Shown: positions 24,274 through 37,923 of the stretch, in pieces
Layout of the letters: the number at the start of each line of letters is the position of its first letter
Position numbering within the stretch: position 1 is the first letter of the stretch
Assembly (NCBI GenBank): GCA_043228905.1
Contig: JBHGNT010000010.1
Coordinates: 5,456,001 to 5,520,000 of the forward strand
Direction of reading: 5' to 3'
DNA length: 64,000 nucleotides
Source: Azolla caroliniana
Lineage: Eukaryota > Plantae > Polypodiophyta
The notes under the pieces: generated by a model
What the model saw: only the letters and a program-made list of their open reading frames with translations
What the model was told of the DNA's origin: nothing
The model's database searches: none
Translations under genes and position numbers: made by a program

Positions 24274-25573
24274 CACCATTACATAAACCGGAGTATCCAA
24301 CTTGTACACAGTTTTCCGGAGAGCCAGTGGTGCCGTCAACATCTCCTTTAGTTTCTGAACCGCCTTTGTCTGCTCTGTGCCTCATTCAAATTTTCGGTTT
24401 TTCTTCAGCAAGCCATAGAGTGGTTCGGCGATATGCACGTACTGCGGAATCCAAATGTGGTAGAATGCACACGCTCTTCGGAACCGCCGGACCTCCGTGA
24501 CCGACTTGCACTCTTCCTTCATCGCTGAGATGCCTTCTACCTTTGCCGGAGACGGTTTCCGGCCATATGGTCTGCACAGGTGACTGACCACTAGGATCTC
24601 TGATTGTCCGAAAGCCGACTTCTCCCCAGAGAAGGTAAATTGAGTGCCCTCAAGCCTCTGCAACATCTTCTCACAATGAGGGATGTGGTCCGCGAAAAAC
24701 TTTCGGCATCTGTCCGTTCAGATTGATCCGTCCTTTGCATCCTCCAGAAAGCCCTTGATCAAGATGTCGTCCAAAAACGGCATGGTGATGTCCGGGATGC
24801 AATCCCTTAATACTTTGCTCATTGCGTTGACCATGTGTGCCACCAAATTGGTCTCCCCTTGCAGTAGGGTACACATTCGAACTAGGTAGAGTGGTGTTCG
24901 CATCGTCGTGATATCCCTCCTCTACAAGGCTAGTTGGAACTGGTCGTACCCGAAGTATAAGTCTCTGACCGAGTAGATCGACCTTCCGGCGAAGGCCTCC
25001 ATGAACTCATCGATGGTCGGTCCAACTCATGCATTCCAAATTGTCACTTTGTTGATGGGTTGCAGGTCCTTTAATAAAGCGCGGCGTGCCGTTCTTCTTC
25101 GGCACCATAAACCATTGATTTGAATAAGGAGCACTCGATGACTCGAGGATCCCCATCTGCATCTTCTGCTTGAGCAACTCCATCAACTTCGTGATGTGAG
25201 CTCTCAGCACTGGAATCAGCTTGAGATTTCACGGTACATGTAGTACCATGAAGATCACCATTGGCTTTACGATAGCAAGATCAACACACCTGATCTCCCC
25301 CTGTGAGAATGCGAAGGCTTTTTCGTGCCTTCCGAGCATCCTCCGAAACCGGTCCTCCTCCGCCGACAATAGGAAGCCACCCTCACCGATCTTCAGCTCC
25401 TGTAGCATCTCGTCAGTAAACCGGTGCCCTGTGCCGGCCGGATCTCGTAAACTTGGGTTCGTCGCGACCCCTTTCATCCGTTCCCAACTGTGCTCCAGCA
25501 AGGGAGCCGCGACTGGCCTCACCTTTCGGTCCACAGTCTTGTACTTGGTATCTACTCGGGCGGTCCGATCCGA
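24274..25573 (-). pseudogene. RT region of the Trp-primed Gypsy host
   Basis: SSAPYSNQWFMVPKKNG, TMPFLDDILIK and KSVTEVRRF in shifted frames. Confidence 0.8.
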
Positions 25574-25961
25574 CCCGATGTCAGGAGCAATACTAAGACA
25601 GAGAAGTACTATCAGGAACAGTACTAAAACAAAGAAGGAATTAGTACTAAACGATGAGGATTAGTACTAAGGGAGGCGTGGAATTCTCAAGAGAAGGAAA
25701 GAGAAGGAAAGAGAGAGAGGGAGAGAGAGAATGAGGATAACAAAAGAAATATATTATGTTAAGGGAATATAAAATAGTAGCTAGGAGGCTTAAGACTGGC
25801 GTTGAACCGATTTGGTTCGAAATAATGCCTTGTGCCTCCTTTTATAGTGTTCTCAGGAGAACTCCTGAAGTTTCTAGAATGTTCCAGAGAAATCTGGAAT
25901 ATACATCAATTTTCTATAAATGAAAATAATATTCTTCGTATTACAACATATAGTCTAATGG

Positions 25962-26618
25962 TCAAGAGCTCGACCCATGTAACATAAGGTCATGGGTTCG
26001 AGTCCTACCATACCATGACACTATCTCCTTTTTAAAACGACGAGTGTCATGAGTTGTTTTGGATTGACGACCCGGTTTGTCTGGATATTGACGATGGAAG
26101 TCTTCAAGAAGATCACCAGCATTGGTCACATTCTCTATTGGTTCCCAAGTACGCTCGTCGGGACTATATCCTAGCCAATTGACTAAATAATAGAGCTTGT
26201 TGCGAACAATCTTGGAATCGAGGATGACCGCAACCTCGTACTCATGTCCATCTTCAAGCTCGATTGGGGCTGGAGGTTGTTTAATACAACCTGGGATGGT
26301 GTTGTCTTGATAGGGTTCGAGGAGAGAACTATGAAACACCGGATGTATCCGAATTTGTGGAGGTAGGTCAAGACGAAAAGCGACATCATTAATTTTTCCG
26401 ATAATATGGTAAGGACCTAATCGTCGGTAATCCAACTTCTCGCATGGGTGAGTAGTCTTGATGTGTCGTCGTAGTAGCCATACCCGATCTCCAATGTCAA
26501 AGCTGGATGTAAGCCAATGACGATCCGTGTAAACCTTGTGTGTTTGTTGAGCTTGCTGTAGATGAGTAGATAAATCCGTTGGTATCTTACGTAGCCGCTC
26601 TAAACGATCTCTGCACAA
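25962..26618 (-). pseudogene. Integrase C-terminus with group I chromodomain
   Basis: LGPYHI...IHPVFHSSLLEPY followed by YEVAVILDSKIVRNKLYYLVNWLGYSPDERTWEPIENV. Confidence 0.9.
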
Positions 26619-27025
26619 GGATTTGTAGGTAACTCTAGGGTTTCAAATACACACCACCGGGGGTAACAAGCCGTGTAAGCATAAAATGGTGTCACCTTTG
26701 TCGATGAGTGGACAGAGTTATTATATGCAAATTCGGCAAAGTGAAGAATATTTGCCCAATCATTTGGATGATATCTTAAAAAGCACCAAAGATACTGCTC
26801 CAACGTTTGATTTGTTCGTTCTGCTTGGCCGTCTGTTTGCGGGTGGTAGCCGGAGGAGAGGTTACAAGTGACCTTAAGCAAGGTGCTTCTAGAACTTCGA
26901 GACGAACTAGGGTCCACGGTCGCTGATGCTACTATCGGGAAGGCCATGATGCCGACATACTTCAAGCCTGACCATTTCGGCGGTTTCTTCATTGGAGATT
27001 TCCTTAGTACATGGCATGATATGGG

Positions 27026-30000
27026 CCACTCATAAATGAGCCTACTACACTAACTCCCAAAATTATTCCTTACGAGGAATATCTTCCCAACGGCCTTGTG
27101 GTTTTCACACCAATACGGCCATGTTATGCGTACCGATTTATGCACCCAGTCTACGCATTGGGTTACACATCGTATTACGCACGAATGTTGAGCTTGTCTT
27201 TCAACACTCCCCTTCAAGCTCAACTTGAGGTTCCACCTGCTCCGCCAGATCTACGCTCCGGTTCCTTCTGGCTTTATGCCTCGCTCGTGCTCCTTGACCC
27301 GGTCGATTCCACGCGCCTTGACCCTTCCAGTCAGCTTGTCTGCTTACATGGCCCTTCTCAGCTTCCTTGTTGTTGCGGTGTTGGCGCCTCTTCTGTTACC
27401 TTCTCTTCCGCTTGGCCCTTGGTTGATTCAGCGTATCCGAATCAAACATCCGAACCGACTCGTCTCCAACTCATCTTCGGTCTTCTCACCCTTGATGGCT
27501 TTGCCTCCCCCACGCTTAGTTGGCTTCGGCTCTTTCTTTCGACTGCTCCCCTTATGTCCGCTTTCGAACTCTTCCGCGGATCCACCCTCGGCTTCTTCAG
27601 CCAATCCGAAATCGAGTTCGTCATCCGACTCGGCGTCACGATCTTTTCCGCTCCTTTCCTTCTCCCTTCCATGGTCATCATGGATGTCTCCACCCCTCAA
27701 GTTCAGCAGGTCGAGGTGACGCAACCCAAGTGCACCCAAGAATTGTCGCAACTTGTCCAGACCAAGAGGCTTGGTGAAGATGTCAGCGTTCTTCCGATCC
27801 GTCGGAACATACTGAAGTTCAACTTCACCGGAGAGGACATGCTCACGGATGAAATGGTAGTGCACCTCAATGTGCTTAGTCCAGGCGTGGAAGACGGGGT
27901 TCTTAGCTAGTTGAATGTTGTTGAGGTTGTCGAAGTAGATTGTCGTTGGATCGGATACCTCCACCTGCAGATCCTTAAGTAGCCGCTTCAACCATATGGC
28001 TTCACATGTCGCGACAGCCGCTCCTCTATACTCGGCTTCGGTGCTCGACAACGCAAGTGTCGAATGCTTATTTCTACTCCATGTGATCGCGGCACTCCCA
28101 AGAGAGAACGCGAAACTAGACGTGGATCGGTGATCGCCGGCATTTCCGGCCCAATCAGCATCGGTGTAACCGACCAACTACACGGCAGTATCGGTCCGAG
28201 ATAGTAGCCCCCGGTCCTTAGTGCCACTAACGTACCGGAGTACGCATTGTGCGCACGGAAGGTGCTCCTCGGTCGGTCGCACCATGAACTGACTAATCAC
28301 CCCGACCAAGTAGCTGAGATCTAGTCGGGTGATGGTCAAGTATGTAAGGCTTCCGACTATCTATCGGAACCTCGTCGGGTCGCATACCTTTCCGGAATCG
28401 GGGCGAAGCTGGACGGTTCTATCTAGAGGAGTCGAGATGAACTTACAGTCTGCCATCCCGAATTTGAAGAGCATACTCAGTATGTAATGTCGTTGGCTGA
28501 TCAGTATTCCTTCGGAGGTGCGGATCACTTCGATCCTGAGGAAGTAATGAAGGTCCCCCAAATCCTTCATGTCAAATGATGCCGCAAGTTGGAGCTTCAC
28601 GCGGTCAATCTCACCTAGGTCGACGCCGGTGATGACCAAGTCATCAACATAAAGTAAAATGCTAACCGGCCCGAGTCGACCTTTCCGGATGAACAGTGAG
28701 GAGTCCGATTTTGACTTCGCAAAGCCCAACCGACGCAATTGTTGCATGATCTTCGCATTACAGGCATGCAGGTCTTGCTTTAGTCCGTAAAGGGAATTCT
28801 TCAATCGGCACACCGCCGAATTGTTCATTCTGGAGTGAAATCCGGGGGGTTGTACCATGTACACCTGTTCCTCAAGCTCACCTTGCAAGAACGCATTCTT
28901 TACATCCATTTGATGTAAGTGCCACCCCTTTGCCGCAGCTACCGCGAGCAAAACACGGTGTCGCGTTGCTACGCGCGTGCGTGGAAAAGGGCGGGACCAC
29001 GGGGGTCTTGGACTAAGGAGTAGAGGAGAAGGAATCGGACACGGAATGGAAGCTTTGCTCAAGAAGAAGAAGAATAAACAAGAGACTAGATCGAACAAGA
29101 GGAAGATGGAGACAAGATGAACAACAAGATGTATTAAAACGAAATGAACGATTACAAAATGGTGGCCGCATAGGCCGTACCAAATGACTACTCGAAACCC
29201 TAACCGACAAAGATGAAGATAAAGATAAAGAATCCCTAACCCTAACCCTAACGCTCGACCTATGTGGTATACCTCGCACACTCAAAATAGGCAACCCCCA
29301 CAATGGTGCCTTCCCTCTCCTTTTATAGCACAAGGAGGGAAGACCGTTTACAAAAGTGAGACTAAAATATCCCCTTTCATTCAAAATGGATATTTGCCTT
29401 GATTTGGGGAGGGTGAGATTGATGGCCCCTTAACTCCCACCTCCTCACAAACAACTAGGTACCTATGTACCGCATAGTACCTCTCTCCCTCTCTCGCGTG
29501 GATGTGCGCACAAGACCACATCGCCTTTATACCTTAGGGATCTTATGGGGCATTTCTAGCACCATACCCTTTGCCCCTATTATTATTACAAATACATTAT
29601 GTACGTGTGCAACGTTGCACATCGCTCTTTGGCTCTCGTTGCTCGGGTTTCCGCTCATGGACGAAAATCTTCACGACAACGGACGGTTGTCATCTTTGTG
29701 ACAGGCGCAAACGTCTCATCGTAGTCGATGTCGTGTTTCTGCACGTAGCCTTTCGCTACTAACCGGGCCTTGTATCGGTTGATCAAGCCGTCAGTGTTGT
29801 ACTTGAACTTTTACACCCACCTACATCTGATCGGCTTCACACCTTTCGGTGCGTCAACCAGGTCCTCCATTGAGCGCATCTCTTCCTCCATTGCGGCACG
29901 CGAATTCGCCTCCTTTGCCGCTTCTGCGTAGCTCTCTAGCTCACGCACTTCCGCTACACACGTCATGTGCGCATAGTGATGCGCCATGTACTCATTGTAT

Positions 30001-33000
30001 CCGAACCGCACAAGAGGGTTCTTTTGGCGGGTAGATCGGTGCAATTGCTCATTAGTCGATGTTGAGGCTATCTTAGCAGACGCGGACTTCACTCTCGAAG
30101 ATCCATCATCACTTCCCTCGGAGTCGGACTCACATCGATTCGACTCGTTCTTATCCGAGCCGTAATCTGACACTTTCTTCTTCCCTTTTTCCTTGCGCGT
30201 AAGCTGTCTCCTCGGCTTGCTGCACAGGGAATGCACGGCCGAGTCTCCACTACTCGCCGGCTCTTCATTGGACTGGTCGAACAGAGTCAATCGTCCATCC
30301 GGTCCGCTTAACCGAAACGAAATCAAACTCTCTTCGTAGGTCCTGATTTTAGGCTCATCCAGAGGCATCTCGGTCACGCTGACCTCACCGTCAGAACTCG
30401 GATTGGAGGTGAGGTCCGGAGTCGGAGGCAAGTACCAGGACGTGGACTCGTCAAACACAACGTCGCGGTTCACACGCGCTTGTTTGGTGCGAGGGTTATA
30501 ACACTTATAACCCCCTTCTGCTCGTCCGAATAGCCGACCAAGATACACTTCTTAGCTTTCGCGTCCAGCTTCCTCTGCTTCTCCTTTGGCACATGCACAT
30601 ACGCAATGCTACCGAAAACTCTCAAGTGTCGTAGATTCAGCTTCCTTCCGAAATACAGTTCATGCGCCAACACTTTTTCTCCGATCCAATTCTGAATGTA
30701 CACCGCGGTTTGTACCACCTCGGCCCAATAGAACTTGGGCAAGCTCTTCTCCTCCAACATTGCTTGTGCCGTTTCTACAATTGACCGGTTCTTCCTCTCG
30801 GCCACGCCGTTTTGCTCCAACGTATATCTGCAACTGAATTCGCGTCGAATTCCCATCTATTGTAGGTACCCGTTGAATTGACCAGAAAATTACTCTTTTC
30901 CGCCATCCGACCGCAAGCACTTGATCTTTCGTCCTGTTTCCGTTTCCACGAACCCTTTGAGGTCCCAGAAACAGTCGAAGACTTCACTCTTCTCCTCGAT
31001 GAGGTAGATCCATGTGTGCCGCGTATAGTTGTCGATGAAGGAGACGAAATATCGACTCCCGCCAAGACTAACGTTCTGTGTTGGCCCCCATACATCGGAA
31101 TGTATCAAGTCGAGCTTGTTCTGGCTCCAGTTATGCTCGTTGGGGAAAGGAAGTCAGTGTTGCTTCCCTAGCTGGTAGGTTTCACAAATTCGTGCCTTCC
31201 GGCCACTAAATTTGGGCAATCCGAACACCACCTGTTTCGATTGCGGGTCCTAAAGTCGTTGATAGTTGACGTGGCCGATCCGCTTGTTCCATAAGTCGAT
31301 ATCCGACTCGACTTTTTGTCCTTTCGCGAACATTGTGGTGCCACCGTCACTAGAGTCGAGGATGAACATCCTCCCGTCTCTACGCCCTTGCGCCATAACT
31401 CTGCCTTCTTCCTCGATGAAGCACCCAAGATGCGTGAACCGGACTTGCATCCCCTGGTCAACGATCTGCCCAATAGACACCAGATTCTTCGTGATTGTCG
31501 AAACATGTAACACGTTCATGAGTTTCCCTTTCTGCCCGACATGGCTCAAGAGAATTTCACCGACATTCGTGATCGGATGCGGAGTGTCGTCTCCAATTGC
31601 GACTATTCCCGGTTGCATCGGTTTTTCTAGGTACGAGAACCACTCCTTGTGGCACGTCATGTGGTTTGACGCGCCGGAGTCGACATACCACACCTCGTCC
31701 GACTTCGGGGTGATCTTCTTCATCAAGTTTGCTTCGTGTCTCGTCACGAAGACTGACCCTTTTCTGGCTTTTCCGGATCCTTCGGCATAGTGCGATCGCT
31801 GCTGATTTCCTTTCTCGGTTTGTCATCGCCTCGACTCCCCCTATTTCCGGAGGGTCCGGAATTGTTGTCGGCATCACTTCAGTGCCTTCTTCCTTGATCT
31901 CGTCGGTCGCCTCCATTGCGCACCGACTCGCCTCGTCCGCCACGACCACGGGGCCTATCTCCCCTCGTGTACAACATCTTGTTGTCGGCATGCGTGCTCG
32001 TCGATGCACCCGTGTGGTTCTCCTCTATAAGGAGCATTGATTGTAAGTCGAAAAACAATGGCATATTCTCCCGTGTACACACAGCAGTTCAGAACGCTCC
32101 GAACTTCAACGCCAGTCCCCCAAGACAGATTTGCACCATCTCGCCTTCCTCCACATTCACATCGATAGAGGATAAGGAGTCACATATCTCTTTGATCTTC
32201 GAGGTGTAATCAGCCACCGACAAGTCGCGTTGTCGTAGGTAGCTCAGCTCTTGTCGGAGTTGAAGCTTCCTGGTTGTAGTGCTTGCGGCGAAAATCTTCT
32301 TCAGGTTTCCCCAAGCATCCTTTGGAGTTTTCGCATCCCGAATATAGCTCAGGAGTTGGTCGCCCACACAAGACACGAAGCAATACAGTACTCTGCTCGC
32401 CGACTGTTCCCACGCCGGGAAATCTCTGTGTGTCGATTTGGGTGTTGTGTCATTTGCTCCGTCGACATAGCTCCAGTAACCGTGCCCGAGCAGGTACTGG
32501 TGCATCTTGTAGGACAAGACACGTAGTTGTTTCTGTCGAGCTTCTCGATAGGAAGTGAGCTAGCCATGCCCCTATCCATTTTGTTTTTCCTGTTCTTCTT
32601 GGTTAGTTTTCTTTTAAAGCTATGTCGGTTGTAGAGGTTTTCAACCCTCGTGCTCTAATACCATGAAAAAGAATAGCGTGCAGAAGCAATAGAAAACCGA
32701 ACACAGAAAATACGCAGGTTTAATGGAGAGCTTGAATATACACAGTACGCGGGAGAGACAGAGAGAGCACACAGAAGATCAATTCAAAATAATACTTAAT
32801 CTATATATACACCGTGCTTAGTGAGCACCTTTTATAGAAGCCCTGACAATAGGGCTGACACAAGTACTGACAGTACTTAACCACTCATAAATGAGCCTAC
32901 TACACTAACTCCAAAATTATTCCTTACGAGGAATATCTTCCCAACGGCCTCATGGTTTTCACACCGATACGGCCATGTTATGCGTACCAATTTACGCAAC

Positions 33001-33060
33001 CAGTCTACACACTAGGTTACGCATCGTATTACGCACGAATGTTGAGCTTGTCTCTCAACA
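27026..33060 (-). mobile_element. Ty1/Copia retrotransposon nested in chromovirus B, 3' LTR truncated
   Basis: 5' LTR at 32664-33060. Met-i PBS TGGTATTAGAGC at 32652-32663. Gag at 32089-32579, protease WYVDSGASNHM, integrase HSDVWGP and QNGVAERKNR, RT HQMDVKNAFL and LYVDDL, RNase H YTDADWAG. The partial 3' LTR is at 27026-27206. Confidence 0.92.
28959..29678 (-). mobile_element. Solo LTR related to the Trp-primed family, inserted in the Copia RT
   Basis: Termini TGTCGCG...TCACGACA. Shares GGGACCACGGGGGTCTTGGA with the LTRs at 10212, 16529 and 39727. 4-bp TSD ACGG/ACGG. Confidence 0.88.
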
Positions 33061-36000
33061 GTTATCGAAATCCTGCTCGCCGAGACGCGGTGCTAGATAC
33101 GAACGTCGTGATAATGCATCTACCTTCCCTTGCTGCTTTCCCGGATTATATGTAATTTTGAAGTCGAAACGAGTGAGGAATTGGGCCCACCGATCTTGAT
33201 GTCGATTTAACATACGAGCATTCTGAAAGTAGGCAAGGTTTTTGTGATTACCGAATACCATGACTTGATGAGAAAACCCCTCTAGAAAATGTCTCTATTG
33301 TGTAAAAGAATCCACTATTGCTAATAGCTCCTTATCATGAATTTCATAGTTGATTTCCCCAGCGTCAAACTTGCGTAAATGGAAAGCCACGGGATGTAGC
33401 TTTTCATCATCGCCTTGTTGAGACATAATGCTACCCAAGGCGAAATCTGACACATCTACTTCAATGATGAATGGTTTTTCTGGATCAACATGAGCTAAAA
33501 TAGGAGCTGATGTAAATGCCTTCTTAAGACTCTCAAAAGCAATGTCCGCTTCTTCAGACCAAACGAACGATTTTCCCTTCTTGGTAAGTTGTGTGAGAGG
33601 CAGAACAAGCTTTGAGTAATCCTGTATGAACTTGCGGTAAAAATTGGCAAAGCCTAAAAAGCATTGCACATCTCGCAACGAACGCAGAGTCTACCACTCT
33701 ACCACCATTTTGACCTTAGCTGGATCCATGGAGATGCCTTCCGAGGAAATGACATAACCCAGAAATTCTACCTGGTTGCACCCAAAACTACATTTTTCCA
33801 ACTTTGCATAAAGTCCATGTTCTCAAAGTCATTTTAGTACTAACAGTACTCGAGAAACATGCCCTTCTTGGGTCTTCGAATAAACCAGTAGATCATCCAA
33901 ATAGATGATCAAAAAATCATCCAAGAGATCTCGGAATATATCATTTGCCATGTGTTGGAAGACTGTTGGTGCATTAGTGAGGCCGAATGGCATGACCGTA
34001 TACTCGAAGTGCCCATATCTGATGCGAAATGCAGTCCTCCATTCATCTCCTAGTCAGATCCGTACGAGGTCATACACTCCTCGTAAGTCGATCTTTGTGA
34101 AGAACCTTGCATCATTGATCCGTTCTAAAAGACTTGAGATAAGGGGAAGTGCATACATATTCCTGATGGTGACTTTATTCAACCTACGGTAATCTGCGAC
34201 GAGACAAAGTGATCCATCCTTTTTCTTGACGAAGAAAATGGGTGTGCTGGCTGGAGATTTCGAATGTCGAGTGAAACCATTTGCCAAATTCTCCTCTATA
34301 TAGGCTCGAAGGACTTCTAGCTCGGTTGGTGACAAATTGTAGTTCAGTCCTCATGGTGGCTTTTATCCCGATTGTAAATCGATGGGGCATTCCTACGGTC
34401 GATGGTGAGGAAGTGTATTAGCTCGTACTTTATCGAACACATCGGCATAATGACGATACTTCTCTGGAAGTTGAACGGTGGACTCCTCTTTATTGATACT
34501 GGAGGGGTTTACTGATATTGCGAAGAGAAACATTTCTTCCTTGCATCCTTCCTCATGCAACTGATGTAGCGAAATGGTTGCAATCTTATGAGTAGATCCT
34601 CAGGTTTGTCGACACCGTATTTCTCTTGTTCTCCAATCTATGGCTGGGTTATGTAATTCGAACCATGGTAATCCCAAAACAATGGGATGTTCTGGGATAC
34701 TAATTATATTAAATGATACTACACACGCTAAGTTATCTAGGACAATATTAACGAGTTCTGACTCTTCTATAATATTCCCAGAAGCAATGGGACGACCATC
34801 AATGACTACTACAGAGGCTGGACATGGGAGTTTCTTTAGTGATATCTAATGAGCTTGGGCAAAATTCCTATCCATGAAGCAAGAGTTGGCTTTGGAATCT
34901 AAGAGTGCTAAGACATGTACTGGAGGAGTACTTTTAGTACTAACCATTACTTGAGCTAAGAACACATTGCTAACTTGCTTAAAGGAAATGGAACCACTAA
35001 TGGGCTGCATAGATCTAGAGTTGCTCCAACCAAACGGCTCCTATTTTGGCTGGACTTAATCGTTTAACTCTTCTTCTAGTTGACTAAGGATTTCAAATTT
35101 GTTTGAAAGGCTTGGGCTATTAGGACTATCAGACACACTTAGAGGAATAAACTCAGGGTACTATTAGTACTAGCGGTTATTTGATTTACCTGCCTTTTCG
35201 GTCGATGGGGGCAATTCACTACAATATGCCCTAGTCCACCGCAATAAAGACATAATTGATTTGCCCTGCATCGCTGCTTTTCTTCTTCCAATAGTGGTCC
35301 GCGACGACGTGTGGTGTCGATTTCCATTGGAGTCAGAGTATTTGTTGGAGACATATTGAATGACTCCCTTGGGAAAGGCTTTGCTACGATTGAAGCATAG
35401 GTGGGCTCCGATCTTGTCCATGGCATTTGGAACTGACGTTCCGAATGTAGTTCGAAGAGGCGATTATCGCATCGCACCGCACAACTGATTGCTTCTATCA
35501 ATGAGTTTGGCTCCTCAAGGAAAGTTAAGCGTAAATCTTTAACATCATTACGTAGGCCAAAACAAAATTGCTCTATTAGTGCCTGGTGATCCTAGGGAAT
35601 ATCGGTGGCGAAAAGACTGAAATCCGCAGCATAAGCTAAGGCCGTCCACTCACCTTGGCACAATCTTCAGATTTTGGTGATTGTTGTTCTAACACTTTCG
35701 ATATCTCCAAAACAGGTTTTAAACTCGGTAATAAACTCTTCGAAATTATTTAACAAAGGAGAGCTTTTTTCTAATAGGGGGGCGAACCATGCCAAAGTCG
35801 TGCCACTAAGTAGAGTGCCTACTAGTCTCACTCGTGATGCATAGGTGGGATATTGAGAAGGATGCATTTGAATGACTAATCATACCTGATTAAGGATTCC
35901 TCTAAACTATGATCGCGTTCCATCAAATTTCATGGGAAGGCCGATCTTGGGTTCTTTATGAATCACTTGCGTATTGGGTCCTTGTTGTTGCATCGCTACT

Positions 36001-37923
36001 AAGGTTTCTTTGAGTTGTTGCACGCGTACCACTAGTTCCCCATGTTGTTGTTGCGTTTGTTGCTTTTCTAAGGAGATTTGTTGAAGGTCCCCCAACAACC
36101 GTTGATTTTCTTGTTCCAAAGCAAGGAACTTCTCGTTCAAGCATTGCAACTCTGAGAGAACGGATTGATATTCTTCAGTGCTAACAGTGGCCATAGTATG
36201 AGAGAAAAGAGGAATAAGAGATTAGTATGAAGGGAGGGAGAAGTAAGAAGATAAATGAAGAGAAGGAAGGAGAGGCAAATCAATTCAAATTGTCAGGAGT
36301 AGTACTAAGATAGAGAAGTATTGTCAGGAACAGTACTAAAACATAGAAGGAATTAGTACTAAAAGATGAGGATTAGTACTAAGGGAGGTGTAGAATTCTT
36401 GAGAGAAGGAAAGAGAGAGAGAGAGAGAGAGAGAATGAGGATAGCAAAAGATATATATTATGTTAAGGGAATATACAATAGTAGCTAGGAGGCTTAAGAC
36501 TGGCGTTGAACCGATTTGGTTCGAAATAATGCCTTGTGCCTCCTTTTATAGTGTTCTCAGGAGTACTCCTAAAGTTTCTAGAAAGTTCTAGAGAAATTTG
36601 TAATATACATCAATTTTCTATAGTAAAACTTAAATGAAAATAATATTCTTTGTATTACAACATATAGTCTAATGGTCAAGAGCTCGACCCACGTAACATA
36701 AGGTCATGGGTTCGAGTCCTGCCATATCATGACACCCGATCATCTTCTTGAAGTCCGTGATGACTTCGTACATCTCAATGGAATTTACCTGAACGACCCG
36801 GTCCTCGTTAAGATCCTCTTCGGCTATCTTCTCGATCTCCCCGAGGGTGTCGTCGAAGCTGCCTTTAAGCGTCCTTCGACTTGTTTCTTCTCCCGGCCAC
36901 CGATGTTGGTTATGGTACAACCTCCATTAACAGAGGGCCAAAAACTACTGCCTACTGTACAAGTGTGAGGTTTCGTCCCGTTGTCTGGACGATCGCGACC
37001 CCACACCTTGATAGTCCTCTCTAAAAATCCTCTCGGCTCTCGCCGCTGAGAGAATCTCAATTTCTTTCATGATTCAGCCTCACTATTAAGAAAGTTAGAT
37101 GGAGTGTTTACCATCCTGGCTCTTTACCCTCGCGTATGCTGAACTGTTGTCCAACACTTTAGTCCCCATCTGTGCCACCGTGATGTAAGGTTCACCGAGT
37201 ATAATCGGATGCGATGACTAGTCCTATACAAAGAAGTGTTGGTCTATTTCAACATCGTCAACTATTACCCGGACATTTGGGCATGCCCCGTGAAGCTCTT
37301 CCGTGGTGCAAGTTGCCACACGAATCTTCCAGTCTTAATCGACCACTTACCCTTCTTATAGATGTCCATGGACATTAGGTTAATCTCCCATCCATGGTTG
37401 ATTAATGTCACCACCGGCTCTTTAACATTAGATTTCCATCGTCGCTCTGGCCCAGTGTCGGTTCATATAGTGGCTATTCGGAAACTCCTCTTCCATCACC
37501 ACCTCTTGAATTTGGGCCGCCTTCACTTCGACCGGCTTCTCCGGCTCTAGCTCTGCCGAGAGCCACTTCCTTTTCATCAGGTCCACGATGGAATTGTGGG
37601 ATTCCTTCTTCGCGATTCCTAGCACCTCTCTCAACAAGAGCTCCACCTTGTTGTCGAGGATCCTTTCTTCCAGGACCTTCTGCAGATCCATCATCCTCTC
37701 AATCTTCGAGCTCAACCGGAAGCCCAGAATCTTCACCTTTCCTTTCTCTTGTCGGTTAGTGAAACTAACATCCTCCTTCCTTGACCCATTTTGGGTTTCG
37801 TACTGATTGGAGGGGCCTACTCCTCCTGACCCTCTTGTCTTCAACCAGAACCTCGTATTTTTGGCACGCGGCTTCCATGAAGCCGGTTTTCTCTTTGACC
37901 AGATCGTCCCATCCGGTGCCCTC

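Larger units (their letters stand above)
25579..36734 (-). mobile_element. Tcn1-like chromovirus (Gypsy) copy B, decayed, with a nested Copia
   Basis: LTRs at 25579-26020 and 36291-36734. 5-bp TSD CCCGA/CCCGA. Gag at ~35100-36194, RT/RNase H at ~33061-34400, integrase and chromodomain at ~26030-27025. Confidence 0.92.

Noticed and set aside
27098-27910. 270-aa plus-strand ORF
   Set aside because: It is the antisense shadow of the Copia RNase H and LTR.
28361-29281. 306-aa ORF with a hydrophobic N-terminus fused to RT, superficially env-like
   Set aside because: The N-terminal part is read-through from the solo LTR at 28959-29678 inserted into the Copia RT.
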